Positions 1 through 6,819 of a stretch of 10,414 nucleotides of DNA are shown here, in pieces. This stretch comes from Nitrosomonas europaea (GTDB lineage: Bacteria; Pseudomonadota; Gammaproteobacteria; Burkholderiales; Nitrosomonadaceae). Below the pieces are notes generated by a model. The model was not told the DNA's origin. It was given only the letters and a program-made list of their open reading frames with translations, and did no database searches. Position 1 is the stretch's first letter; each line of letters opens with the position of its first letter. The DNA lies in the NCBI RefSeq assembly GCF_900167395.1, contig NZ_FUWK01000058.1, positions 1 to 10,414 of the forward strand, written 5' to 3'. Made by a program: the position numbers and the translations under genes.

Positions 1-181
1 TACGTCGGTTTGCATCTATCAGAGCTTCAACACCTCCTGTTTCCACAGCTGCCTGATAGCGATAGAAAGTATCGCGAGAAAAACCCATCACCTTACAGGC
101 ACGGGATACATTGCCAAGCTCAGCTGCCAGATTAAGCAAGCCAATCTTGTGTTTAATGATTTTATGATGAACACTGCTCAT
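1..181 (-). CDS. IS481-family transposase, N-terminal HTH part (partial; runs off the window)
   Basis: A minus-strand ATG at 181-179 lies 7 nt downstream of AAGGAG (rc of 189-194). The translation is MSSVHHKIIKHKIGLLNLAAELGNVSRACKVMGFSRDTFYRYQAAVETGGVEALIDANRR..., a helix-turn-helix N-terminus typical of single-ORF DDE (rve) transposases of the IS481 type. Confidence 0.8.
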   Translation of the reverse strand, partial: MSSVHHKIIKHKIGLLNLAAELGNVSRACKVMGFSRDTFYRYQAAVETGGVEALIDANRR

Positions 182-295
182 GGGATTACTCCTTTACGCT
201 TTCGCGTTTGGTTGATAAAGATTCGCACCTCTATCAAACCGGGTAATCCCACCTCTTGGCAAGACCTGCTGTCAGATCAAATCTGAACTACTACA
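1..295 (-). mobile_element. IS481-family insertion sequence, partial copy; the element continues off the left edge and its transposase-proximal terminal inverted repeat is at 269-295
   Basis: The reverse complement of 269-295 is TGTAGTAGTTCAGATTTGATCTGACAG. This matches 10081-10107 at 25 of 27 positions and 8589-8614 at 26 of 26. The element contains the 5' end of a transposase gene (1-181, minus). Confidence 0.8.
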
Positions 296-570
296 GGTTA
301 TAACACCTGCTGCGAGATCGTTCAGGCACAGATACCAGCATTATTGGTGCCAAATACCAGTACAAAGCTGGATGATCAGTACCGACGTGCGCATTTGGTG
401 TCCGAGTATGCGCCTGTTGCTGTTTCCGAGTGCAAAAGTGAAAGTGAGCGGGAAATTGCTGTCAGAAAACTGCTGCAACTGACGCGTACTCATGTGGATC
501 GCAGATGCCTGATCCCGATGAATGGCGCTGTCCTTGCGGCTGAAGCGATTCTCTCAATCCTGGATTGATT
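296..570. repeat. Repeat copy A: a truncated copy of the higA/higB* repeat that keeps only the higB-remnant / small-ORF segment
   Basis: 301-570 aligns to 1081-1350 at a constant offset of 780 with no indels and 21 substitutions. The copy starts directly at the IS end (296), and homology stops 2 nt after the ORF stop codon. Confidence 0.9.
344..568 (+). CDS. Hypothetical 74-aa protein, copy A (antisense to the dead higB); coding status unproven
   Basis: The ORF is open in all three repeat copies, and substitutions between copies are concentrated at its third codon positions (see findings). It has a TTG (or adjacent GTG) start and no Shine-Dalgarno sequence. Confidence 0.35.
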   Translation: MVPNTSTKLDDQYRRAHLVSEYAPVAVSECKSESEREIAVRKLLQLTRTHVDRRCLIPMNGAVLAAEAILSILD

Positions 571-720
571 ATCGGATTTGTTCTATTGGCGATGAAGAGT
601 ATCTGTTTGTCTGAATTAACAGTTTGTTTTGTTGTTGCAATAGCGCTGGATTACCGTTAGTAGAACCTCCTCGCAACGGCGGAGTGGACGGTTTGGTGTG
701 GGGCCACAAACTTGAGTTAA

Positions 721-1056
721 TCAGACTACTGAGTTCGATTCAATTGGTTTCCCACTGAACGGCGCAACTTTGATTTCCTCTGCGCGCTTGCGTGTTTGTG
801 CGATATCGTAACTGTTTTGCATTCGCATCAGCGTATCCATTGACACGCCAAAAGCTTTCTCGATGCGTAATGCCATTTCTGGCGGCAGGTGTGCACGCTC
901 ATTCAGCAATGCTGAAAGTGCCGCTCGTGAAACGCCCAGTACTTCGGCTGCGTTGCTTACAGACAGCGCTAACGGTTCAATAATTTCATGTTTGATAAAT
1001 CCGCCGGGATGAGCAGGGCTTTTCAAGCGGACTTCAATGTTAGCGTTCATAGTCAT
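721..1056 (-). CDS. higA: HigA-family (VapI-like) XRE-HTH antitoxin, apparently intact but orphan
   Basis: The translation is MTMNANIEVRLKSPAHPGGFIKHEIIEPLALSVSNAAEVLGVSRAALSALLNERAHLPPEMALRIEKAFGVSMDTLMRMQNSYDIAQ.... It shows the HPG...E...PLGLS..LA..LGVSR...L.N....I...MALRL...FG.S...W...Q..YDL pattern of HigA antidote proteins. The start is taken at ATG 1056, because the track start at 1086 is a GTG inside the higB remnant. Confidence 0.85.
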   Translation of the reverse strand: MTMNANIEVRLKSPAHPGGFIKHEIIEPLALSVSNAAEVLGVSRAALSALLNERAHLPPEMALRIEKAFGVSMDTLMRMQNSYDIAQTRKRAEEIKVAPFSGKPIESNSVV

Positions 1057-1349
1057 CTCTTGGTGGTAATCTTCAAGATATAACACGTGCTGCGAGGTCG
1101 TTCAGGCACAGATACCAGCGTTATTGGCGCCAAATACCAGTACAAAGCTGGATGATCAGTACCGCCGCGCACATTTGGTAGCTGGGTATGCCCCTGTTGC
1201 TGTTTCCGATTGCAAAAGTGAAAGTGAGCGGGAAATTGCTGTCAGAAAGCTGCTGCAACTGACGCGTACTCATGTGGATAGCAGATGCCTGATTCCGATG
1301 AACGGCGCTGCCCTTGCGGCTGAAGCAATTTTTTCAATCCTGGATTGAT
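1057..1349 (-). pseudogene. higB-like (PF05015-type killer toxin) remnant, copy B
   Basis: It sits upstream of higA on the same strand, the position expected for higB. The frame continuous with higA ends ...VLYLEDYH, the DYH C-terminus characteristic of this toxin family. Other minus frames carry HigB-like stretches (PGLKKLL; CFSRKGSA; STRQLQQL; IGN). There is no start codon and every minus frame has stops. Three in-frame TGAs lie at 1102-1104, 1156-1158 and 1270-1272, and the terminal stop is replaced by CAA. The similarity is by eye only. Confidence 0.5.
1124..1348 (+). CDS. Hypothetical 74-aa protein, copy B (antisense to the dead higB); coding status unproven
   Basis: The translation is MAPNTSTKLDDQYRRAHLVAGYAPVAVSDCKSESEREIAVRKLLQLTRTHVDSRCLIPMNGAALAAEAIFSILD. 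The ORF is intact in three diverged copies with third-position-biased divergence, and a plus-orientation hairpin with T-run follows it. It has a TTG start and no SD. Confidence 0.4.
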   Translation: MAPNTSTKLDDQYRRAHLVAGYAPVAVSDCKSESEREIAVRKLLQLTRTHVDSRCLIPMNGAALAAEAIFSILD

Positions 1350-1364
1350 TGTTAATTCTGGAAA

Positions 1365-1424
1365 GGGCAGGATTTAAACAGATAAAGGCGGGAAACTGTG
1401 GCCTGCCCCTGTTTTTTCTTTTTT
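1365..1424 (+). terminator. Terminator-like hairpin plus T-run downstream of the small ORF (copy B)
   Basis: GGGCAGG (1365-1371) pairs with CCTGCCC (1402-1408) and is followed by TGTTTTTTCTTTTTT. The 30-nt loop is large for a classical intrinsic terminator. The T-run lies on the plus strand only. Confidence 0.35.
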
Positions 1425-1437
1425 ACAGCAAAAATTA

Positions 1438-2496
1438 TCAGTAAGTAAAAGTAGTTTCAGGTGACAGCCATCCCTGAGAACGTAACCGCTCCTCAGCAAT
1501 AACAAGCTGGCGCTGCGTAAACTGCCGCTTACGGTCATTCCACTGATAGATTTGGCGCTTCACACTGTCGCTTTGTGTAGCGCCTTCGCGATGTATCACC
1601 CAGTGCACCGTAGCCAGCAGCTCCAGACCATATGGGGACTCAAAGCCTTCAACCAAGCGCGTTACGCGCTCGAAACGGGCACGGCTGATCTCGTGCTGAT
1701 CGAGAAAACTCTTAGCTTCGGCCACTGCCCCGGGAACAAGGGATAGGGGTTTATCGGGTGCGTCACCACCGTCAGCGTAACCAGCGATCAAGTGGCCTTC
1801 AATTGCATTCAATACATGACGCAGATTCTTTGCGTAGGGGCCATAGTGATGTTTGATGTAATCAAGGCGCAGCGGCTCACCGGCTTCTTGCATGAAGTAC
1901 ATCAGCTTGTGGACTTCCAGCAGGGTGACGAAGGGATCAAGCAAGCCACTGAGGTAACGCTGCATAAGTTCTACCAAAGCAGCACGCCCAGATGTCATTT
2001 TGGGTACCTCTCGCACATGGGCCATTTTGTCGCTGGCGGGTGCACCGTTAGGTTCATACACGATCACTTGCACACCCTCTAATTCACCAAGCGCGTGCTC
2101 GATACGCGGGCGCACTTCTTTCCAATCCAATCCCCCTAAACCTGCTCCCAAGGGTGGGATGGCAATAGAACGGATGTTTTTATCGCGGATGACATTAACC
2201 AGATCTACAAGACCTGCTTCAATATCTTCGATCCGGCTCTTGCCGCGCCAGTGGCGTTTGGTGGGGAAATTTATGATAAGGCGTGGCGGTGTAAGCTGTT
2301 TCGTTTCAAAAACGAACATACGCCCGGGTTGTACCTCCTCGCGCTTACAGGCCGCTTCATAGGCCTTAAAGTTAGCCGGGTACATATTCTTGAACTGTAA
2401 AGCGATACCTCGTCCCATTACTCCGACGCAATTGACAGTGTTTACCAGTGCATCGGCTTCACAACGAAGGATATCTCCAGATGTATATTCAATCAT
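1438..2496 (-). CDS. darG: DarG antitoxin: N-terminal macrodomain (ADP-ribosylglycohydrolase) plus C-terminal DarT-binding domain
   Basis: The 352-aa protein starts MIEYTSGDILRCEADALVNTVNCVGVMGRGIALQFKNMYP...FPTKRHWRGKSRIEDIEAGL...IAIPPLGAGLGGLDW, which are canonical macrodomain motifs. It lies 13 nt downstream of darT on the same strand. Confidence 0.9.
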   Translation of the reverse strand: MIEYTSGDILRCEADALVNTVNCVGVMGRGIALQFKNMYPANFKAYEAACKREEVQPGRMFVFETKQLTPPRLIINFPTKRHWRGKSRIEDIEAGLVDLVNVIRDKNIRSIAIPPLGAGLGGLDWKEVRPRIEHALGELEGVQVIVYEPNGAPASDKMAHVREVPKMTSGRAALVELMQRYLSGLLDPFVTLLEVHKLMYFMQEAGEPLRLDYIKHHYGPYAKNLRHVLNAIEGHLIAGYADGGDAPDKPLSLVPGAVAEAKSFLDQHEISRARFERVTRLVEGFESPYGLELLATVHWVIHREGATQSDSVKRQIYQWNDRKRQFTQRQLVIAEERLRSQGWLSPETTFTY

Positions 2497-2509
2497 TACT
2501 GTCCTCTCT

Positions 2510-3148
2510 TCAGTAATACCATTCCGGCTTGATTTCTACCTTGGGCCGGTGTCCGTTGACTGGAAGAGCGTTAACAACGTGGTTGTAAATAACTTCTGAT
2601 TGGACACCAATACGTTCGACCAAATTCCAGGGAAAGCATTGTTCTATAAGAAACTCTGCTTGTTTTCCTTCTTTATGCTCCTTCCAGTTAAGAGCATGCA
2701 CGGCAGTCCAGTTGACTTCTTTCAGACACGTCAGATCGTTTCGATCTTCAAAGTAGAACGATCCTGCGTTCGTAAGCGTAAAAACCCATCTCGCTGATTG
2801 TGTCTTAGCCCATGTAGTAACAGCATTCAAATCTGCCTCAAGGTGAATAATAGGTCCTTGACCTCCTTTATAGTCCAGCTCTGTATTTTGGCGATAAATT
2901 AAATAGAGCATCACAGAACGCGGGCAGAAATAGAATGGCACACAGTCACCAACATGTAAATCAGGATAACTATTGAGACAATTTTGGAGACGTCGTTGCT
3001 TAATGTTGTTCATGCCAATAGTAGTTCCAACAGGTATATGTTGCGCCATATGTACATCGCACCACAGGAAGCCATCTTTCAATATAGAAGATAGGCGATC
3101 AACATGGACGATATGATAGAGCTTTGGGCATAAGGGTATTCCATTCAT
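2510..3148 (-). CDS. darT: DarT DNA ADP-ribosyltransferase toxin (DUF4433)
   Basis: The translation is MNGIPLCPKLYHIVHVDRLSSILKDGFLWCD...DCVPFYFCPRSVMLYLIY...GGQGPIIHLEADL...FTLTNAG...KQAEFLIEQCFPW...PEWYY*. These match DarT hallmarks, including the catalytic-Glu motif (KQAEFL) and the WYY C-terminus. The start is taken at ATG 3148. The track ORF extends to a TTG at 3232, which adds 28 residues with no family counterpart. Confidence 0.9.
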   Translation of the reverse strand: MNGIPLCPKLYHIVHVDRLSSILKDGFLWCDVHMAQHIPVGTTIGMNNIKQRRLQNCLNSYPDLHVGDCVPFYFCPRSVMLYLIYRQNTELDYKGGQGPIIHLEADLNAVTTWAKTQSARWVFTLTNAGSFYFEDRNDLTCLKEVNWTAVHALNWKEHKEGKQAEFLIEQCFPWNLVERIGVQSEVIYNHVVNALPVNGHRPKVEIKPEWYY

Positions 3149-3342
3149 CACAAGATCCGGATTTATTCTTGCTTTAATACAGATGAGTATTTTTCGTGGG
3201 AACAAGCTACCGTGCGCATGGTGAAAACGCAAGTGGAAGAAGGTGAGTTAAATCGTCATCGTTCAGCAAGGAAAATAGGGAACAGACCCAATGCTGTTCA
3301 CTTTACGATAACCGGTGACCAATCATGGCACAAATTGAGTGG

Positions 3343-3995
3343 TTAACACCCCTTGCGAGGCAGGTATTGCCTGGTTCGGCGTTTGATCAATCGTGGGTTG
3401 GATCGCCCCTTCGGGCTGGTCAGTGTGCCCGACGCTGTAGCCTCAAGCAATTTCTGCCACCACTTCGGGAACTGCTCTGGGGGGAATGGCACCGCTGGCG
3501 GGGAGTTTGCGGCGCATGAGAGTAAGCGAGTGTTTGAAGCTCAATCCATCGGGTGGCGCATCTTGGCCACCCAACTTTTTGCGTGTGAGTGGCGCGGGTT
3601 CAATCTCGGACAGGTAAGAGCCATCCGACAGCCGCTCACGCATAGGCAGTTGGCGATTCCTGGGGATGCGCCAAAGCAACTGCGCGCCTTGTACGGCTCG
3701 CCGCTGCCCACAATGGATAACCGGACAAACCTCGATCTGCCAGACACAGCATGCCGGGTTTCAGATGCGCGATGGTTTGGTGCGCCAGACGAACCTCGGC
3801 ATCCTGGTAGCCACCCAAGGCAACTCCAAACAGCACATGCGTGCCATTCTCCAGCAGCCCCACGAAACGAAGTTGCGGGTAGCCGGTGCGTCCTTGTTGC
3901 GTGCCCGGCACGCCAAACGCCTCTCGGTTGGCGGCTTCGTCTGCGACCTCAAGACCGCTGCCATCCAGGCTGACCAGGCGTAACCCACTGGAGGT
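3343..3995 (-). pseudogene. IS4-family DDE transposase remnant (N-terminally truncated, frameshifted, with an internal deletion)
   Basis: The minus-strand frames read ...GLRLVSLDGSGLEVADEAANREAFGVPGTQQGRTGYPQLRFVGLLENGTHVLFGVALGGYQDAEVRLAHQTIAHLKPGMLCLADRG, then after a frameshift near 3680 LLWRIPRNRQLPMRERLSDGSYLSEI...PPDGLSFKHSLTLMRRKLPASGAIPP, then after another shift LLEATASGTLTSPKGRSNPRLIKRRTRQYLPRKGC*. These are typical IS4-family blocks, but the segment that would carry the last catalytic Glu (YHERWEIE type) is missing. The patch is visibly more GC-rich than its flanks. Confidence 0.7.
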
Positions 3996-4162
3996 TGCTA
4001 TCGACAGACAGAAGCAACCTTTTCAGGTTTATTCTTAAGACCAGTCGGACCATTTTAGATGGTGCGCAAAAAGAGATAATTTCTCTTTTGTAACGACAAA
4101 ATCTTATATTCTATGCATAATATTCATTTTTAAGCACAATTTTCTCTTTTTCATATTAAATC

Positions 4163-5506
4163 GTGATTATTAGCTTCTCTATCGAAAACTGGATGTCTTT
4201 CCGTGATCCCGTCACATTTTCGATGATTGCCAGTCGGGAACGCCAGCATGGAGACAGATTGCCCAAGCTTGGGAAATACAACATTCGAATCCTGCCGATT
4301 GCTGCCATTTATGGCGGCAATGCTTCTGGTAAAACCAATTTCTTCAAAGCACTGAATTTCGCCAAGATGCTGGTAGTCAAGGGAACACAACCTGGCAGTC
4401 CCTTGCCCGTTGAGGGTTTTCGTCTGGACAACACTAGCATCGATAAACCCTCTCGCTTTGCCTTTGAGCTGTTAATTGATGAAACGGTCTATGAATTCTC
4501 TTTTTCAGTAAATCGCAAAACCATTGTTGACGAGAAACTGGTGGTTGTCACAAGTACCAGTGAACGGGAGCTATATGTGCGCTCTGGTGGCCAGATCAAA
4601 TTCAATGAAGCTCTGAAAAAGGATCAATTCTTGCAGTTTGCTTTCAAGGGCACGCGTGACAATCAACTATTCCTGACGAACTCGGTGTCACAGAAGGTGG
4701 ATAATTTTCAGCCTGTCTATGACTGGTTCAAGGATTCGCTGGACTTGGTTGCCCCTGATTCGCGCTTCGAGCTTTTCGAACAGTTCCTCGATGACGGCCA
4801 TCCCCTCTATGCCACGATGAACGAGATGCTGCCGCAGCTTGATACGGGTATTGCACATCTAGGTGGAGAGGAGATTCCCTTCGAGAATATTCCCCTGCCC
4901 GAGCCGATGAAGATGCTGCTGCAGGAGGATGTCAAGGAAGGAATGACGATTCGCTTGATGTCGGACAAGAATGAGCGATTCGTCTTCACACGCAAGAATG
5001 GTGAGCTCGTCGCCAAGAAATTGGTGACCTACCACCCCAAGGCAGACGGTACGGAAGCCAAATTCGAGATCCGGCAAGAATCGGATGGATCACAACGCGT
5101 AATTGATCTACTGCCTGCTTTCCTGGAGCTTGCAGCACTCGGTTCGAAGAAGGTATTTGTTATCGATGAGGTGGATCGAAGTCTTCACACCCTATTGACA
5201 CATCGTCTCTTGGAGGCGTACCTGGCCAGCTGCTCCGCTAATACCCGTTCTCAGCTCCTGCTGACTACCCATGATGTTATGCTGATGGATCAGCAGTTGC
5301 TTCGTCGTGACGAGATGTGGGTGGCTGAGCGCAAACCTGCCGGCGTATCCACGCTGATATCTTTCAGCGAATTCAAAGATGTGCGATACGACAAAGACAT
5401 CCGCAAAAGCTATCTACAAGGCAGGCTTGGTGGAACACCTCGTATCTTACTCAGCAGCAATTTTGCAGAAGGAGATGAGGCACGAGCCACTGAGGAGGTA
5501 CAGTAG
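4163..5506 (+). CDS. AAA_15/AAA_21-type ATPase (AbiLi / RloA-like, OLD/ABC-type ATPase fold)
   Basis: The 447-aa protein has a GTG start, [15 protein letters not shown]..., the typical N-terminus of this family. Walker A is GGNASGKT (residues 51-58), Walker B / D-loop is [17 protein letters not shown], and the H-loop is LLLTTHD. An AT-rich upstream region spans 4020-4160. Confidence 0.85.
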   Translation: MIISFSIENWMSFRDPVTFSMIASRERQHGDRLPKLGKYNIRILPIAAIYGGNASGKTNFFKALNFAKMLVVKGTQPGSPLPVEGFRLDNTSIDKPSRFAFELLIDETVYEFSFSVNRKTIVDEKLVVVTSTSERELYVRSGGQIKFNEALKKDQFLQFAFKGTRDNQLFLTNSVSQKVDNFQPVYDWFKDSLDLVAPDSRFELFEQFLDDGHPLYATMNEMLPQLDTGIAHLGGEEIPFENIPLPEPMKMLLQEDVKEGMTIRLMSDKNERFVFTRKNGELVAKKLVTYHPKADGTEAKFEIRQESDGSQRVIDLLPAFLELAALGSKKVFVIDEVDRSLHTLLTHRLLEAYLASCSANTRSQLLLTTHDVMLMDQQLLRRDEMWVAERKPAGVSTLISFSEFKDVRYDKDIRKSYLQGRLGGTPRILLSSNFAEGDEARATEEVQ

Positions 5507-6120
5507 TGGCTGATCGGCGACGGAAATTAAAGCGGCCGATGGGAGAACGGCGCTATAAAAAGCTCTTTTTCATCGCGGCAGAAGGCGTCAAAACCGAGCC
5601 GATCTATTTTGGCATCTTCACCGATGAAACATCCATCGTGCATGTGAGCTATTTGAAAGGCAAACATGACAGCTCACCGCCACAGGTATTGAAAAGGATG
5701 ACAGATCACCTTAAAAACAAGGAACTCAAATCATACGATGAAGCATGGCTGGTAGTAGACAAAGACCAATGGACAGATGAGCAGCTGACGCAACTTTACC
5801 AATGGTCATTGCAGCAAGAAAATTACGGTTTCGCGCTCAGCAACCCCAAGTTCGAATATTGGCTGCTGCTGCACTTTGAAGATGGTGTAGGAATCAAATC
5901 CTCCCACGACTGTACGGATCGACTCAAGCGCTGGATTCAAGATTATGACAAAGGAATCAATATGCGGAAGATCAGTCAGGAACAAATTAACGATGCGATT
6001 TCCCGAGCCAAGAAGCGTGATCACCCCCCTTGCAAAGACTGGCCAAGAACGCTTGGACAAACAACTATCTACAGATTAATTGAAAATATCCTGAAATCCA
6101 GTAAAGGGTTTGTCAAATAA
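5506..6120 (+). CDS. RloB-like protein (AbiLii-like, Toprim-type motifs)
   Basis: The GTG start overlaps the ATPase TAG stop by 1 nt (TAGTG). Motifs are [16 protein letters not shown] (Toprim-like Glu), WLVVDKDQW (DxD) and [19 protein letters not shown], which match the RloB pattern (CEG.KTE..YF / D.D / SNP.FE.W.LLHF). An alternative ATG start is at 5539. Confidence 0.8.
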   Translation: MADRRRKLKRPMGERRYKKLFFIAAEGVKTEPIYFGIFTDETSIVHVSYLKGKHDSSPPQVLKRMTDHLKNKELKSYDEAWLVVDKDQWTDEQLTQLYQWSLQQENYGFALSNPKFEYWLLLHFEDGVGIKSSHDCTDRLKRWIQDYDKGINMRKISQEQINDAISRAKKRDHPPCKDWPRTLGQTTIYRLIENILKSSKGFVK

Positions 6121-6175
6121 CTTTTTCGCAACGGTGGAGTGGGCAATTGGGTGTGGGGTCACAAACTTGAGTTAA

Positions 6176-6512
6176 TTAGACTACTGAGTTTGGTTCAATT
6201 GGCTTTCCACTGAACGGCGCAACTTTGATTTCCTCTGCGCGCTTGCGTGTTTGTGCGATATCGTAACTGTTTTGCATTCGCATCAGCGTATCCATTGATA
6301 CGCCAAAAGCATTTCTCGATGCGTAATGCCATTTCTGGCGGCAGGAGTGCACGCTCATTCAGCAATGCTGAAAGCGCCGCTCGTGAAACGCCCAGTACTT
6401 CGGCTGCGTTGCTTACAGACAGCGCTAACGGTTCAATAATTTCATGTTTGATAAAGTCGCCGGGATGAGCAGGGCTTTTCAAGCGAATTTCAATGTTAGC
6501 GTTCATAGTCAT
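6176..6512 (-). pseudogene. higA: higA copy C, inactivated by a 1-nt insertion
   Basis: It is the same gene as 721-1056, but an extra A at 6311 (AAAGCATTTCTCG versus AAAGCTTTCTCG in copy B) shifts the frame after ...MALRIEK. The track accordingly splits it into two ORFs (6195-6542 and 6176-6358). Its stop codon is TAA where copy B has TGA. Confidence 0.8.
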
Positions 6513-6805
6513 CTCTTGGTGGTAATCTTCAAGATATAACACGTGCTGCGAGGTTGTTCAGGCACAGATACCAGCGTTATTGGCGCCAAATACCAGTACA
6601 ACGCTGGATGATCAGTACCGATGCGCACATTTGGTAGCTGGGTATGCCCCTGTTGCTGTTTCCGATTGCAAAAGTGAAAGTGAGCGGGAAATTGCTGTCA
6701 GAAAGCTGCTGCAACTGACGCGTACTCATGTGGATAGTAGATGCCTGATTCCGATGAACGGCGCTGCCCTTGCGGCTGAAGCGATTCTCTCAATCCTGGA
6801 TTGAT
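6513..6805 (-). pseudogene. higB-like remnant, copy C
   Basis: It has the same disruptions as copy B: the three TGAs are conserved, there is no start codon, and the stop is lost. Confidence 0.5.
6580..6804 (+). CDS. Hypothetical 74-aa protein, copy C; coding status unproven
   Basis: The ORF is intact. It differs from copy B at 7 nt (3 aa: K8T, R15C, F70L). Confidence 0.4.
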   Translation: MAPNTSTTLDDQYRCAHLVAGYAPVAVSDCKSESEREIAVRKLLQLTRTHVDSRCLIPMNGAALAAEAILSILD

Positions 6806-6819
6806 CGTTAATTCTGGCA

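Larger units (their letters stand above)
671..1417. repeat. Repeat copy B (~750 bp): intact higA, dead higB / plus-strand small ORF, and a hairpin with T-run
   Basis: It is colinear with 6126-6872. By my count the two copies differ by roughly 3-4 percent plus two 1-nt indels. Homology begins at TCGCAACGG and ends in the T-run after CCTGCCCCTG. Confidence 0.9.

Noticed and set aside
792-983. The plus-strand 63-aa ORF inside higA, and its copy at 6247-6468.
   Set aside because: It is antisense to a well-supported higA. The two copies are not co-linear in protein sequence, because the 6311 indel changes the frame. There is therefore no conservation signal like that of the 74-aa ORF.
1102-1272. 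The three conserved in-frame TGAs in the higB-like frame, two of them near positions where HigB-type toxins have Trp, plus a TGA at a Trp position in the XRE gene at 8287. Could TGA be decoded as Trp or Sec, or could this be a toxin translated only when a phage brings a suppressor tRNA?
   Set aside because: TGA is used as the genuine stop of darG (followed directly by TAA), darT, higA copy B (the same codon is TAA in copy C), parE and the parD-like gene. The standard genetic code therefore applies. The higB-like frame also lacks any start codon and needs frame changes to follow the family alignment. TGG to TGA is simply the easiest way to kill a toxin. The suppressor-sensor idea stays pure speculation.
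1552-2599. Plus-strand ORFs inside darG and at the darG/darT junction (1552-1746, 1792-2082, 2000-2362, 2390-2599) and in darT (2600-2797).
   Set aside because: They are antisense to strongly supported DarG and DarT coding sequence, and they have no start-site signals or family resemblance.
3149-3232. The N-terminal extension of DarT to the TTG at 3232 given by the ORF track.
   Set aside because: The extension (MRFHHAHGSLFPRKILICIKARINPDLV) has no counterpart in DarT proteins, and DarT homology begins right after the ATG at 3148. It is kept only as an alternative.
3353-3983. Long plus-strand ORFs (206 aa at 3353-3973; 105 aa at 3666-3983; 64 aa at 3325-3519) and several overlapping minus ORFs.
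   Set aside because: The plus-strand translations are Arg/Pro/Gly-rich and of low plausibility. They lie antisense to clear IS4-transposase homology on the minus strand. The minus ORFs are the frameshifted pieces of that pseudogene.
4151-6060. Minus-strand ORFs within the ATPase and RloB genes (4151-4390, 4807-5016, 4859-5077, 5806-6060).
   Set aside because: They are antisense to well-supported coding sequence, with no independent support.
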